A stretch of 64,000 bases of DNA, from contig MU059330.1 of the NCBI GenBank assembly GCA_013265495.1, forward strand, positions 8,612,990 through 8,676,989, given 5' to 3'. The stretch is from Vicugna vicugna (taxonomy: Eukaryota). Each line of letters opens with the position of its first letter. Positions within the stretch are counted from its first letter, which is position 1. A model generated the notes under the pieces. The model saw only the letters and a list, made by a program, of their open reading frames with translations, did not search any database and had not been told where the DNA came from. Of the stretch, positions 14,341-26,563 are shown piece after piece. Made by a program: the position numbers and the translations under genes.

Positions 14341-14487
14341 TCTTCTTTATCCATTAACGTGTTATTGGACCCTTAGGTCGTTTCCATATCTTGGCTATTG
14401 TGAGTAATGCTGCAATGAACATAGTAGAGCAGACACCTCTGTGAGATCCTGGTTTTAATTCCCTTGGATGGACAGCAGAAGGGGGAC
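13771..14487 (-). mobile_element. L1 3' end (L1MA9/artiodactyl-type), antisense
   Basis: T-rich tail, then tttattgagagataa...gattccacctatgagtgaaatcata...gcaaatggcaggg. Confidence 0.88.
14302..14339. repeat. (TG)19 microsatellite inside the L1
   Basis: Read directly. Confidence 0.97.
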
Positions 14488-17276
14488 CAATTTAGTAACC
14501 ATTCTTATCTGCTATTTTCCACCAGAATATTAAGAATCCTATGTGGCAGGTAATAGTAGTTAGTTCCCTGAAATCACCTTTAAAATAAATTCTGTCTTTA
14601 GCAGCAAATGTAATGCCACTCAATTATATTCAGATTTGGCTTCGCTTGGGTCATCACAGTCTTTCTATTTGACTTCCAGCAGCTGGTCCTCAGTAAATTG
14701 CAGCACACAGGTTCTGTTACACCTTATAACTACTCACCATTGAATTGAATCACTTTATGATTCAGGTCATTACTATAGAACAGGTCACTTATACTCTTTC
14801 TCAGCATTTCATAATTGGATATTTCAGATGAATGCATCATAATGAAATCTTCCAAAGCTGTTGAAAAGAGGAGTCCTGAGACTCAAGTTGGATTTTGTAC
14901 AACAAGGAGATAAAGGGACACAAGAACAGGCTGTGTTATCGGAGGTTTAGGTCTAAGGAGCCAGAATTGATCTTCTTCCCCCTTGAGGTGTGCCCACGTC
15001 TGGGACACATGACCCCCCACCCCGCCCTGCTGAGCATGTCACCAGCACACAGGGGCCAACCCAGGCACTGGAGCCAGCTTTAAAATATATGTTCCACTCA
15101 TCTATTTCAAAACCAAAACTTTATCTCCACAGGAGAGGCGAAAGTTCTAGTTGTAAGGAAGCTCAGGACTGCTGGGAGTGTCCTCTGGGATTGTTTACCG
15201 AGACGTGGGTTCGCACTGTTTTGCACATGCTGTCCAAGTTGTGAATGCCTCAAGACCCGCGCTTTTTAAGCAGGGTCCGTAAGCACAGGCTTTCAGTCCA
15301 TTTCGGCAAGGAGCCCCGGGACAGCCAGGCTGGCGCAGAGCGGTGGAGGAAGACACGCGACATTTTCAGTCTGGGGCTGACCGTGCTGCCACCCTGCAGG
15401 CCTGGAAGGTCCCAGAGCAGCTTTATTGCATTCCTATCTCATGGTCTCCATTTCAAGTGAGAAAGAGCACACACGTGTTCTGTCTAGTCTTTCACACGAT
15501 CGTGTTTATGGCATTCATTGGAGCTATTTTTTTCATTTAAAAGAAAGATGGCATCCAAAAGATGCTATAATAAAAGATGCTGAGAACAAAGGGAAATGCA
15601 GTCGTCTGTCTTGCTGTGCGTGCTGGTGTGGAGGTGAGGGCGGCCGTGTGGTCCCAGGAAGGAATGTGAGAGGCATTGAAAAAGCAGTGATGATCACTTA
15701 CATATTTCCTGCAGTGACTCCTATGAAGCCACAAACATGAAGAGTCCTGAGTATTGTTCCTTGTAAGCATTTTTAAAAGATGGATTCTGAGTCAATAAAA
15801 CTAGTTCGAGTCATTGAAATCATGACAAAACAAAGTTTTAATAGGACTTCCAGTTAAAGCTACTGCTGTGGACACATGTGGCTACTTTCTCTCCTGCCGA
15901 GAACTCATTTATACAGTATTTCTGAGGCAGTTTTATTTTGAAAAGCATGAATCAAGTAACACAGTTCTTACCGTGTCCACATATCTGATGGGAGGGGTGA
16001 ATTCATGGCAAGTTCATAGCAACTGGACAACCACCCTCACAAAGCAGGAGAGCCCTGGGCTTGGGCTGGAAGGGGGTTGGACATGGAACAGAAATCCATC
16101 AGTTCTCCACACCGCTGAGGTGTGGATGGGGTTCATCTAGCAATAAGTATGAATGCTGGATTTGGATGGAACCAGGAGTGCAGCACGAATGGTGGGAGAT
16201 GGGAAGGCTGCATCAGTGTGGGAGACACAGGGAGTGGGGTAGGGAGTAAAGAGCTGAATCCCTTTCCTTAGGGCTCGGATAAGGGGCAGTGCCTGCTACT
16301 GGAAGATGCTTCTTGTGGCTCAATGGGATAAATATCCGGATATGGAACTGAAAGGGTTGGGGGCAGGATTTTCCTAATAAATCTTAGAGAGTTAACTCCT
16401 ACGTTATATGCATGTTTAGCATTGGTAAAATTATTTTAAAAGTATGACCATAACTAGGTGTATTACGGGTTGTGAGTTTTCCCTCTCATGAAGCATCCTT
16501 TATTATCAAATAGAAGGACCGTGATCTAGGGCTGTGCCAAGGTCAGACTGTGGCCCTGTAGATTTGGCCTTGTTTCTGGAGAATAACAATTCTTGCCAAA
16601 TTAATCATCCTAAATTTATAGTCCTAAATTCCACCACCCAAAAATGGCATGCCCCACTTGCCAGGGTCCTCCCACCTGTGTTTGTAAGGGAGGAACCTGG
16701 TACTGAGGAAAGGGAGGTGAGATTGAGACATGCCGTCAAGGTATTAACCAGAGAAATCTTGTAAAAATTTCTTGTAGATTAAGTTATCATATGTTGGGTT
16801 GTCATTTGGATAGCTGCCATCTTAACACTTTGAATCTGTGATCTCAGGGCTGAAAATATTCACTAATCTCAAACTCAACATAATGTGGCCCCAAAAAGCA
16901 AATTCTGGTTCCATCATTTTAACTGTAATCTTCTAAAAAACAACTAAACTTAACATCAGAGTAATCAGCATTTTCGGTCACTTATTAAGTGAAAGACTGT
17001 TCGGGGATCACCATGTTTTTCCACATACAGTTACATTTATTGTCTCATTCTCGCTGCTGACGCAGGAACCATGCAGATTCCTTTTGCAGGTAACCTGAAC
17101 ACTGAGCGTTTTCTTCAATGCCCAATCTGACAAACAGCGTGCTTTTAGCTTTGTGGAGTGGCTGGTGGGTGTCAGGATCTGAAGTCTGGAAGAGCCCTGT
17201 CTTTCACTTAAGGAAGGAAGCCCCTGGCTCTCTTTCTGCCGTCTGAGACGCTCGCGCTCTGCCTTGTCTCCGCCAG

Positions 17277-17502
17277 GAGTACCAGCCTTGTAATACGAAC
17301 CCGTGCCCGGAGCTGAAGAAGACCACGCCCTGGACGCCCTGGACGCCCGTCAACATCTCGGACAACGGGGGCCATTACGAGCAGCGATTTCGATACACGT
17401 GCAAGGCCCGCCTGCCTGACCCCAACTTGCTGGAAGTGGGAAGACAGAGGATTGAGATGCGGTACTGTTCTAGTGACGGGACCAGCGGCTGCTCCACCGA
17501 CG
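17277..17502 (+). CDS. SEMA5A: SEMA5A coding exon (end of one TSP1 repeat plus the next degenerate repeat: EYQPCNTNPCPELKKTTPWTPWTPVNISDNGGHYEQRFRYTCKARLPDPNLLEVGRQRIEMRYCSSDGTSGCSTD)
   Basis: Acceptor ctccgccag at 17268-17276, donor G|gtgagt at 17503; 226 nt, phase 0 to phase 1. Confidence 0.97.
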
Positions 17503-19079
17503 GTGAGTGGCGACTCCGTAGGGACCGAGCTACTTCCACAAGCAGGCGTTCCATCTCAGCTCTGAGTTCAGAGAAGAGCCTGGGGGGCGGGGGGAATTTC
17601 CTTTTGATTAGAACGATCTTTATAACAACAGTCTCTCTAGAGCAGAACTGGCTTTACAACAAATGGATGGGACAGATCATCACTATAAAAACTCAGCTAC
17701 ATGTTGAGGTGGTCCTGTTTCCTCAACCCTTGAAATAACACTGTATTTTTAGTCGGTCAAGAAGAGTTCATGGGAGCTTTATTTAGTATCAGAAAATACA
17801 TTGAGGAAGGCTCAGCGTCCTCCCAGAGTTGTTCTGGCTCTGAAAGGTTGGCTGCCAATAAGCTTTTCCTTTTTTAATCTCAGAACTGGACAAAGACAAC
17901 AGAAGTGCATCTCTATGTTTATAGCCATGAAAGCATCTTTCTGTTAAGAAGTACATGTGGTCCTTTAATAGTCTTTGAAATTCCTTTGCCCCTTGCAGTC
18001 ATATAAGTCCCTTCAATGCCATGTGACTCATGCAGGCAGAGCCCAGAAGCGGACAGGCAGGTGCTCTCCCTGCCTGGCCTTGATGCTGACTGGGCAGCTC
18101 ACCTCAGGCTACTCACTTGCTCCCCCTGGAGCTCAGGTGTCTTAACTGCAGGGAAGTGCGGGAGGCTGGCCATCCCACAGAGATTCATTTCTTCCTTCTT
18201 TAAGAGCAGAAAGGAATCTTCTCCTGCCATCTCCTTCTTTATCTCTCCTGTCATTCTCACCTAACTTAACAAAACCTGTCCAAGTCAAAGAACCAAATAA
18301 GTGCTCACAGAAGGTTCTTGGAGCACAACTTGATGAGAACAGGAGTAGTAACGTCTTGCACTAGAACACGCGAACATTTCTCACCCTTTTGTATTTATGA
18401 TCCTACCTGGTGCTCCCAACGTAACTGTGATTTAGAAAGCCAGTCAGCACCAACGCCATGTTTAGAGAAGGAGCTTTAGCTTTAGCCCAGAGTGGTTGCC
18501 CTTGAAGAACCACAGCGCTGGTGAGTTGCCATGTTGGGCTGACGTGAAGGGATAAGTTCATGTTGGTGCCATGAACTCCCTCCCATGTTGCCAGAAGGAA
18601 CCTCTTCTGCAGCATGGTGCTGGGGGAGGGCTGCACAAATGTCACGGATCTCGGTGGCTCCTCCCGGGAGCTGCTGAACACCCAGGGCAGCGTGGAGCTG
18701 CCAGCCTGGATGCTTGGAGGCCCAACAGTTGCCTCAAGGTCCACCCCGAGTTGTGTTCTCATGGACATCAGCCGACTCCTGACCTCAAGCTGTTCTGCTC
18801 ACTGCAGTTCAGCAACCATACAAGCTTGTTCATTGTTTCTTGAGAAAAAAATGTCTGCTTTAGTGAAGAATTTGGTGTGAATAAGTCTACAATTTAACTC
18901 AGAGAAATAAACACCAACCAGCTAGAAAATCAAGCAAAATGATGTTCACTCTGACTAATTCTGTAAAGCCCTGCTTTAGTGAGAAAAACAAGGCATATGA
19001 TGGAATGCCAAGAGACAAATAACTGAAGACTCATTTTAAAGATCTAAATATCACAAGGGATGGCCTTGTCATCTCAAGT

Positions 19080-19299
19080 GAGGCTTATGAGATAAAGTAC
19101 AAAATGCCCAGTTGAATGTGAATCTCAGATATTTTTTAAGAATTTTTCTAGTGCAAGCATATCTCATGAGTCTTTTTTTTAATAAGTATATCCTATGTGA
19201 TATTTGGTACATATTTATCCTAAAATCTTACTTATTATTTATCTGAAACTAAAATTTAACTGAACAACGTGTATTTTGTTTGCTAACCCTGGTAACCCT
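19080..19299. mobile_element. MER53 palindromic MITE (DNA transposon)
   Basis: Arms gataaagtacaaaatgcccagttgaatgtgaatctcagata and tatctgaaactaaaatttaactgaacaacgtgtatttt...ctggtaaccct match the MER53 consensus as I recall it and are inverted repeats. Confidence 0.85.
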
Positions 19300-20398
19300 G
19301 TCTCCAAGTCAGTCACTTATTCCCTCATTTCAGAGTAGGCTGTGAGCTTTGTGTGACATCATTCAACGTTAAGAAAAAAAGAGAAAATGAATAACAGCCT
19401 TTCCTTATACATTAAGTTTATTCTCTTTTCTGAACATATATTTTTTAATCCTTCCATTCAGATGCATACAAAACCAAAGCTAATATTATTTTAAATGATA
19501 GCAGTCTAAGCTAAGGACAATGCTGATACACGTGTATAAAAGACGTCCTCTATTTCCTCCAAAATTACATCGTAGGCATGGATAAAAAGCACTTCATCTT
19601 TCTTGTGTCTTAATGGCTTCAGGTTCTCATGATCATCCACAGGGTTTGGTATTGATATCCTGAGAGTACAAAATGGGGCTTATTTGCCTCCGACCACACA
19701 AACTGAGACTAAATTGTGTTCTTTATTGATTAGCCACAAAGTACTGGCTCATCCCAGGAAAAGGTTTCCAATCCATTTTCTCTGAAGAGCATCCCGCCTC
19801 AGTTTCTGAGCCAGAGTTTTCAAGCAAACAAAAAGGAACTTTGAACAGTGGCTTGGACTGTTCACACATCGGCCTTCTCACCCGTCCCCAGGACTTGGTG
19901 ACATACTTTGAGATGTTTTTGTTAAAACTTCTGTCACATTGCCTACACTGAGAAAACGACTGAATCTTTTTTAATTGTAAGTCAGTAGGCATTTTCATCA
20001 AAATGAACGTGAGTTGCACGAGCAGTTTGTTGCAGAATTCCAAAGGAAGTGAGAAAGGTGTATCTTCTTTGTAAGGAATTTCTCAGAACAGTAAGTCCCC
20101 TATCACAAAAACCCTGTTACTTGTATAAGGACTTTGCCACATTCACAAATTGAGTTCTTGGTTGCTCCCCTGTTTAATAGCAATTGCAGAGAAAGAAGAT
20201 TGAGTTATAGGAGATTATCACCCAAAATACAATTTCTTTTTCTTTTTTTGCTTCTAAAGTAGGAAAAGTGTTTAACTGATTTCTCAGAGTGTAGGTGCAG
20301 AAGCAAAGCAGATAGTGGATCCAGAATGAACATTCCTTTGGACTCCGACCACTCTGGGAACTCCTAACGCAGTCTCCCTTTGGGCATTTCCTTGGTAG

Positions 20399-20617
20399 GT
20401 CTTTCTGGGGATTTCCTGCGAGCTGGGAGGTACTCTGCCCACACCGTCAACGGGGCCTGGTCAGCCTGGACATCGTGGTCCCAGTGCAGCCGGGACTGCA
20501 GCCGGGGCATTCGGAACCGGAAGCGAGTCTGCAACAATCCCGAGCCCAAGTACGGGGGCATGCCTTGCCTGGGCCCGGCCCTGGAATACCAGGAATGCAA
20601 CATTCTGCCTTGTCCAG
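20399..20617 (+). CDS. SEMA5A: SEMA5A coding exon (TSP1 repeat: GLSGDFLRAGRYSAHTVNGAWSAWTSWSQCSRDCSRGIRNRKRVCNNPEPKYGGMPCLGPALEYQECNILPCP)
   Basis: Acceptor ttccttggtag, branch-like cctaac at 20363-20368, donor CAG|gtgcgt; 219 nt, phase 1-1; WxxWxxW and CxxxCxxG motifs. Confidence 0.97.
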
Positions 20618-20716
20618 GTGCGTGGACTGAGTGATCGCGAACAGATGTAAACACCAAGGGCCTTGGAAGACCTTCTCTCTCACATGCCACAGCTTTATGT
20701 TTGAGGTACACTCTGT

Positions 20717-20810
20717 GATAGATAGATAGATTGATTGATTGATTGATTTCTATATATAATATAGAAATATAAATAATATAGATATATTTATACTTATTAA
20801 ATATATATAT
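20717..20810. repeat. (GATA)3(GATT)5 compound microsatellite followed by an AT-rich tract
   Basis: Read directly at 20717-20748. Confidence 0.9.
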
Positions 20811-21689
20811 TTGTGTTTATACCAACTGCACTGGTATAAGGACAGATATAACCTAAACTGGATTATATTCATCTATTTCTTCTGATTTAAAAGAAACTGA
20901 AGCATTGTCGGGAGCCCCTGTAAGGGATGGTGGGCTCCAGGCACTGTACCTCATGGAGAAGTGGGCTGTGGTACCATGGTCTGGAGTGATCTGTCGTGTC
21001 CTTGAAACTGGAGGCTGGCCCCTCCCAGACTCTGATGGGCCCAGCCCTCCAGGAACGGGCCTCCGTTCATACCACAGAGTATGTCACTCACCAGAGTGAC
21101 AGTCATCAATGGTGACCCACCAGAAGCCTACCTTCGATTTTGGTCCGAGTGAGCGCTCCAGGAGGGCAGGGGCTGCTGTGACCCTCCCACTCTCTGCAGT
21201 GTCCTCAGCTCCCAGTGCGGGCCTGGCTCACACAGCGCCAGGGATGGTTGTGAGTGGTGGGAAAATGAGCAGTGGCTTGCTTGATCTTCCTTTCTTCGTT
21301 CATTCCGTTTTTCAGCAAACACTTTTGGATCACCCATTCCGTGCCACCCAGAGTACACAGAGCTGCAGTGGCATGAACTGGGTCAGAATGGAACTTAAGA
21401 GTTTAGTGAGGAAGCATCCTGTGAATAATATCAGCCCAGTGTGGCCACAGCTGTTGGGCTGATGAGAAGATGTAGTGGCTCCATCAGCCAGGGGCCCACT
21501 GAGCTGGGATCGTGGCCTTGAGCAAGCTGCCCCTGGACTGAGTCTGGAGAGACAAATAAGAGTTGGCCATACAGATGAGCAAGGATGGAGAAAGAGGATA
21601 ATTCCCAGTGCTGTGCACAGCACTTTTAAAGGCACAGAAGCCTGCAAGTACCACATCTTTTTCTGTAGGTGCAAACAATGTTCTGAGTT

Positions 21690-21830
21690 CCTTAAGCAAG
21701 GAACTGGCTCATAGCAGGACTTAGCGAGCATCTGTTGGATGGGTAGATAGATGGTTGGATGAATGAGTACATGGGTGGATTGGTGGAGAGATAGATGGAT
21801 GGATAGATGGGTGGATAGATGGATGAACTA
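21690..21830 (+). repeat. L2 terminus with expanded degenerate (GGAT/AGAT)n tail
   Basis: ctggctcatagcaggacttagcgagcatctgttggatgggtagatagatgg... Confidence 0.6.
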
Positions 21831-24020
21831 ATAAACATGTACGTTAAACTGAAAATACACAGTTCCCGGCTTTGTCTCTGAGGCTCCCAATAATGCCCCT
21901 GCTCCTCCAGCTGCTCAGCTCCTCCTCGGCTGTCTCTGCCTGAATTTCTCCAGCCTCAGGAGACTCTTCCCTCCCAACTGCCCAGCTTTCCTGGCCAAGC
22001 GATGCCTGGAGGCTGGGAAAGGTCACAGAGCCGTTTCTTTCCCACAGCCCCAGCATGGACAGTGTAAGGACACTTCCCAGGGGCTGAGAGAGAGCCTGTG
22101 GGGCAACATTATTAGACTGGGATCCATGCAGTAAAGTGGGGTCGGGGGGCCATCCTGGGAACATGAGCATCCATCCATGCACTCTTCCTCCCCGGCTCCA
22201 CACGCACGTCCTCACTGCCATCGGCAGAACGTGCAGACTCCTCGAGACGCTTGGATGCTGCCCCGGTCCCTGAGACCCAGGCTCGGACAGATGCGTCTCA
22301 GAGACATCTCATTAACATGATCTAGCGGCTGTTTTTATTTTAGTTGATTTGATGGTCAGGCCAGTATCATGTATACATAACCTTAATGTCTTGAAATAGC
22401 TCTGTCTTCATTTTCTTTTTGAAAGCCAAGATTCCACAGAGGTTTGTGGAAACAGTCAGAGTGGCCTCCTCACTTGCCCCTTGGGAACGGAGGAGTTCAG
22501 GGGGCTGAGTGGGGCAAATGTCGATTTTCTCCCCCAGCCCCTAGAAAATTCCTGACACAAGACAGGATGTAACTCGGCAAGGAGAGGTGAGAGGCTCTCA
22601 GGGCCATGGGTGCTGAGCTGCCCCGCCAGTTATAGGGCTGTTTTTGCCTCACTGGGGACACTTTCCTCCCTCTGAATCCACTCCTCCTTCATCCTGTTGG
22701 GTCCACAATAAACAGTTACAAATGGGCACCATATTTTATTTAAAAATAAGTTGTCTCATTATGCTTAAGTTTGAAAATACATCTAAGACCAGAGAAATGT
22801 AAAATACTTTTTAAATTAATCAGTGATGGTTTTGATCTCCAATTCTAATGTGTATCAAAAACTGCCATAGGGGTTTAGAGCTGAGCCCCTGATCCTTACT
22901 CATCTTCTGTGGTTGGTCTGACTCGGACCTTCACCTGCCTGCTACCTCCGTCATGGAGAAATGGCTGGGCTTTCTCCTTCACTCCTTTTCCTCAACTCAT
23001 GTTTGGTTCAGAACTGCTTCCAGACCATGGCTGACAAAGGTAGAGACAGCAGATGGTTCTTTGTTGCTAAGTAATGTTACAATCCCATAAAATAATGTAG
23101 TTCTTCTTTACGATGAAGACAGTAAGCCTGAGGAAGAAGGAACCGTGACTGAGAATCTCACAGAAGGGAAACTTTCTGAATCTAAGCCGTGAATTCAGAC
23201 AGGTGCGGGTTCGGCGGCTAACCTTGGTTAGGCCCCTGCGGCGCGCTTACCTCTCTGCCCATGAAATCCTTGAGTCCACACTCTGTTCTGTAAACTGCAG
23301 GTGACCAAAAGGGAACTTAAGACATTGGTTCTGTCCTAAAGGAGCCCTGAGGCTGCTGGGGTTTGTGGTGGCGGGGGAGCCTGGTGCAGGAAACTTCTGC
23401 TCGGAGATCCTCAGAGGAGCCCAGAGCACAGCTGTCCTTCGGTGAAGACCGGGGCGGCCTGGGCCTCGGTGCACTGGGGAGTCGGTATCAAACATCCCCA
23501 CGACGTGCGGGACTGTAAGTGTAGGCCTTTCTGTCTCTGCCAGCCCACTGGATGCCTGACACTCGGACATTCCTTAGTTTTACTTTGCTCTTTCCATCGC
23601 GAGTCATTGTACCTTTTATTTAGATTTTACCGTAGTGGGTGGAGTATTCAGCTAGAACCAGAATTTTTAATCTTCTCTCAAATGGCTTAATCCATAAATT
23701 TCATTTGATCAAAGATAATTTCCTATAGTTAATTGCTTTGATTCCTGGAAAGAAACATGGATCTAAGCTTTTCTGTATTTGTCTGATCTTCCCGTGAGCC
23801 GATCTTTCTTGGTCAATGAGAAGCTCCCCACGCGACTTTTACTGATGGGATGAAAGTTCCATGACACCCCGAACCGTGTGCCTGTCCTGGGTTCAGCCTG
23901 CCAGTGGCCAGGCCTGCTCCCATGCATCCCCTCTGCGGCCTGACCTCTCTGTGCCCCGGGCCCTGCATTTCCAGGACACGCCCCACGGCAGTGTTGAGGA
24001 TGGGGCGATGCTGAGTTAGT

Positions 24021-24050
24021 ATCATCATCATCATCATCATCATCATTATC
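24021..24050. repeat. (ATC)8 ATT ATC trinucleotide repeat
   Basis: Read directly; it produces the spurious poly-Met ORF 23813..24052. Confidence 0.95.
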
Positions 24051-24959
24051 ACTAGAATTGTTATTAGCTCAGCATAGTTTTATAGCAGCAAGGGAAGCGC
24101 TCAGACACTCAGCCTCGCTCTGTCCCCCGGTGGGCCAGGCCCTGAGTGGTGGCTCACACTTTTTTGTCCCCTTGACTTCAGAATCCCTGCCTCCCCATGC
24201 GGTTCTAATGCTCCTGCACAGGGAAGACTATTTCATTAAGCTTTGTATTCTGTAATTTCTATTTTAAAAATACATTAGCCTTCCTAATACAAAACCTTCC
24301 TACAATATTTAATGTCGCTTTTCATCCAGGACAGACCACCGTTTCCTTGTCTCCAAGGAGAAGGCTGAGGCTTGGAACACAAGCACACAGTTAAGAGCAC
24401 GGGAAGTGGAGACTGGATTGGAGCTGGGCTGGGGGCACGGGGCGGTTACAGGCCAGCGCGGCTCCCTGATGGTGAAGTGGCTGAAGGTTCCTTCTGATTT
24501 CCCGTCATGCTGGGAGGACCTGTTCCCCCAGCTCTTGACATACCCCTCAGGGCAATGACACTGGAAGTGGTGGAAGTCCGTGTGACCTTGTGGTTTAAAC
24601 TGGCAAGTGGAAAAGTTCCAGCAACTGGGCTGTGTCACAGATGCTCCGGCAAACTGTTCACAGTTCCAACAAGAAACATCTTTTCCTCTGTTAAACAAGG
24701 AACGATTTGGTGCCAAGGGAATTTATCAAGAGACCAGGAGGTCAGTTGGTGGGGGAGAGGGGGAAGTTAGGATGAGATATTAATTGGTGTAAATATTAGT
24801 TACAATGTGGACGGGTGTAAATACTGTTTGAAATAGTGCAAGGAACATTGTGTACATTCATCTTTCGGTCACCAGCTTCCTGCCATGTCTAGTGGTCCCA
24901 CGTGACCATGAGACAATCGTGATTATAGAATGACTGTGTGACCAAAAGCATTTAGTCTT

Positions 24960-25770
24960 TGGATATTTGTAAATTGTTATTGGACTACTGTAGTAGGAAC
25001 ATTTAACACGAAAGCCACCCTTTGTATGAATCTCTAAGTGCACGACATAGCCCTGTCCACTGCAGACACGGTGTCGCAGAGCAGACCTCTAGGACGTGCT
25101 CTTCGCACTGACCTGAGACTTCATACTCCTTGAACAGCACCTGTCCACTCCCTCTCCTCCAGCCCCGGGCAACCACCGCTCCACCTTCTGCTTCTATGAG
25201 CTTGACTATTTAGATTCCACATAGAAGTGGGGTCACGTGGCATTTGTCTTTCCGTGACTGGCTTATTTTCACTAGCGCAGACATCCATTGTTTCATCCAT
25301 TTTGTGGCGTATGACAGGATTTCCTTCTACTCCGACTGAATAATATTTCATTATAAATTATGTAATGATAAAATATCACTTTTTCTTTATCCATTCACCT
25401 ATCAATGAACGTCATTTACATTATTTCCATATCCTGGCTCTTGTGTGAACATGGGGGTGCAGGTGTCTGTGATCTTGATTTCAGTTCTTTTGGGTAAATA
25501 CTCGGAAGTGGCATTGCAGCATCATATGGTTGCTCTGTTTCTGCATCTTTGAGGAACCACCGTACTGTGTTCCCTGGTGGCTGCGCCATTTTGCATTTGC
25601 ACCCACAGCCTACAAGCGTTCCATTCTCTCCAAATCCTCACCAGCACCATTATCTATTATTATCTTTTTCCTATAATACCTATCCTGACAGGGGTGAAGT
25701 GATGTCTCATTGTGGTTTTGAATTGCATTTCCCTGATAATTAGTGATGTCAAGTATCTTTTCATGTTGGC
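24960..25770 (-). mobile_element. L1MA8-10-like 3' end, antisense
   Basis: gtaggaacatttaacac...gcagacctctagga...cttctatgagcttgactattttagattccac...gtggttttgaattgcatttccctgataattagtgatg. Confidence 0.85.
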
Positions 25771-26392
25771 CATCCTGGCTCGTCACGTGATATGAAAAGC
25801 ATGTAACTCTTAGATTATGCGGTTGGTTCTCATTTGGGCTCCAACACCATCAAGACAAAGCATTAGAGCCTCCTGAGCCCAACCGCCACGTGCACATCTG
25901 GACACGCAGGCTTTGTCACGACTGCTATTCCAAGGCATGGTGACTTTTCTGTGCCTCAGTGTGTGGTGTGCGAGAACATCTGTACTACAGACCAACTTCA
26001 GCTCAGGTTACAGACAGAGAAAAACTGCCAGCAAGCATTTCCCTCCTACCCTGCCTCCCGCAAGAATAGATATGGGAGAGGGGTTTTGAAAATTTTACAG
26101 TCTAGGCAGACATACGTTGATTGCAAGGAAGAACATTGCCATGTACACAGCGTTGCCTGCAGTCTGATACACCCATGCTGGCGTATTAGATGCTTACAAA
26201 CACCGCCTGAAAGAATGGGAGGAACTGGAAGAACATGGGGAGGAATATGCAAAGCCAGGTGGAGGCCCCAGGTACCCCCCTGGGAGCGCTCAGTGGTGTA
26301 CACGACACCTTCCTGCAGGGCAGACTCTGCAGCCACGTCAGGTCGGTCAGACTGGGATTTCAGAAGTGGTGTGACTTTGTGTCCCTTCCCAG

Positions 26393-26563
26393 TGGACGGC
26401 ATGTGGTCTTGCTGGTCGCCCTGGTCCAAGTGCTCAGCGACATGCGGAGGTGGACACTACATGAGGACCCGCTCGTGCACAAACCCAGCACCCGCCTACG
26501 GAGGCGACATCTGCCTGGGGCTGCACACGGAAGAGGCGCTCTGTAACACGCAGCCCTGCCCCG
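26393..26563 (+). CDS. SEMA5A: SEMA5A coding exon (TSP1 repeat: VDGMWSCWSPWSKCSATCGGGHYMRTRSCTNPAPAYGGDICLGLHTEEALCNTQPCP)
   Basis: Acceptor gtcccttcccag, donor CCG|gtaagc; 171 nt, phase 1-1. Confidence 0.97.

Noticed and set aside
17274-17279. CAG/GAG NAGNAG acceptor
   Set aside because: GAG is very rarely used as a distal acceptor when the proximal site is CAG.
17326-17349. 9-bp tandem duplication in the exon (TPWTPWTP)
   Set aside because: It encodes the ordinary WxxW motif, which I recall in other SEMA5A orthologs.
23813-24052. Poly-Met ORF
   Set aside because: Artefact of the (ATC)n microsatellite read on the minus strand.
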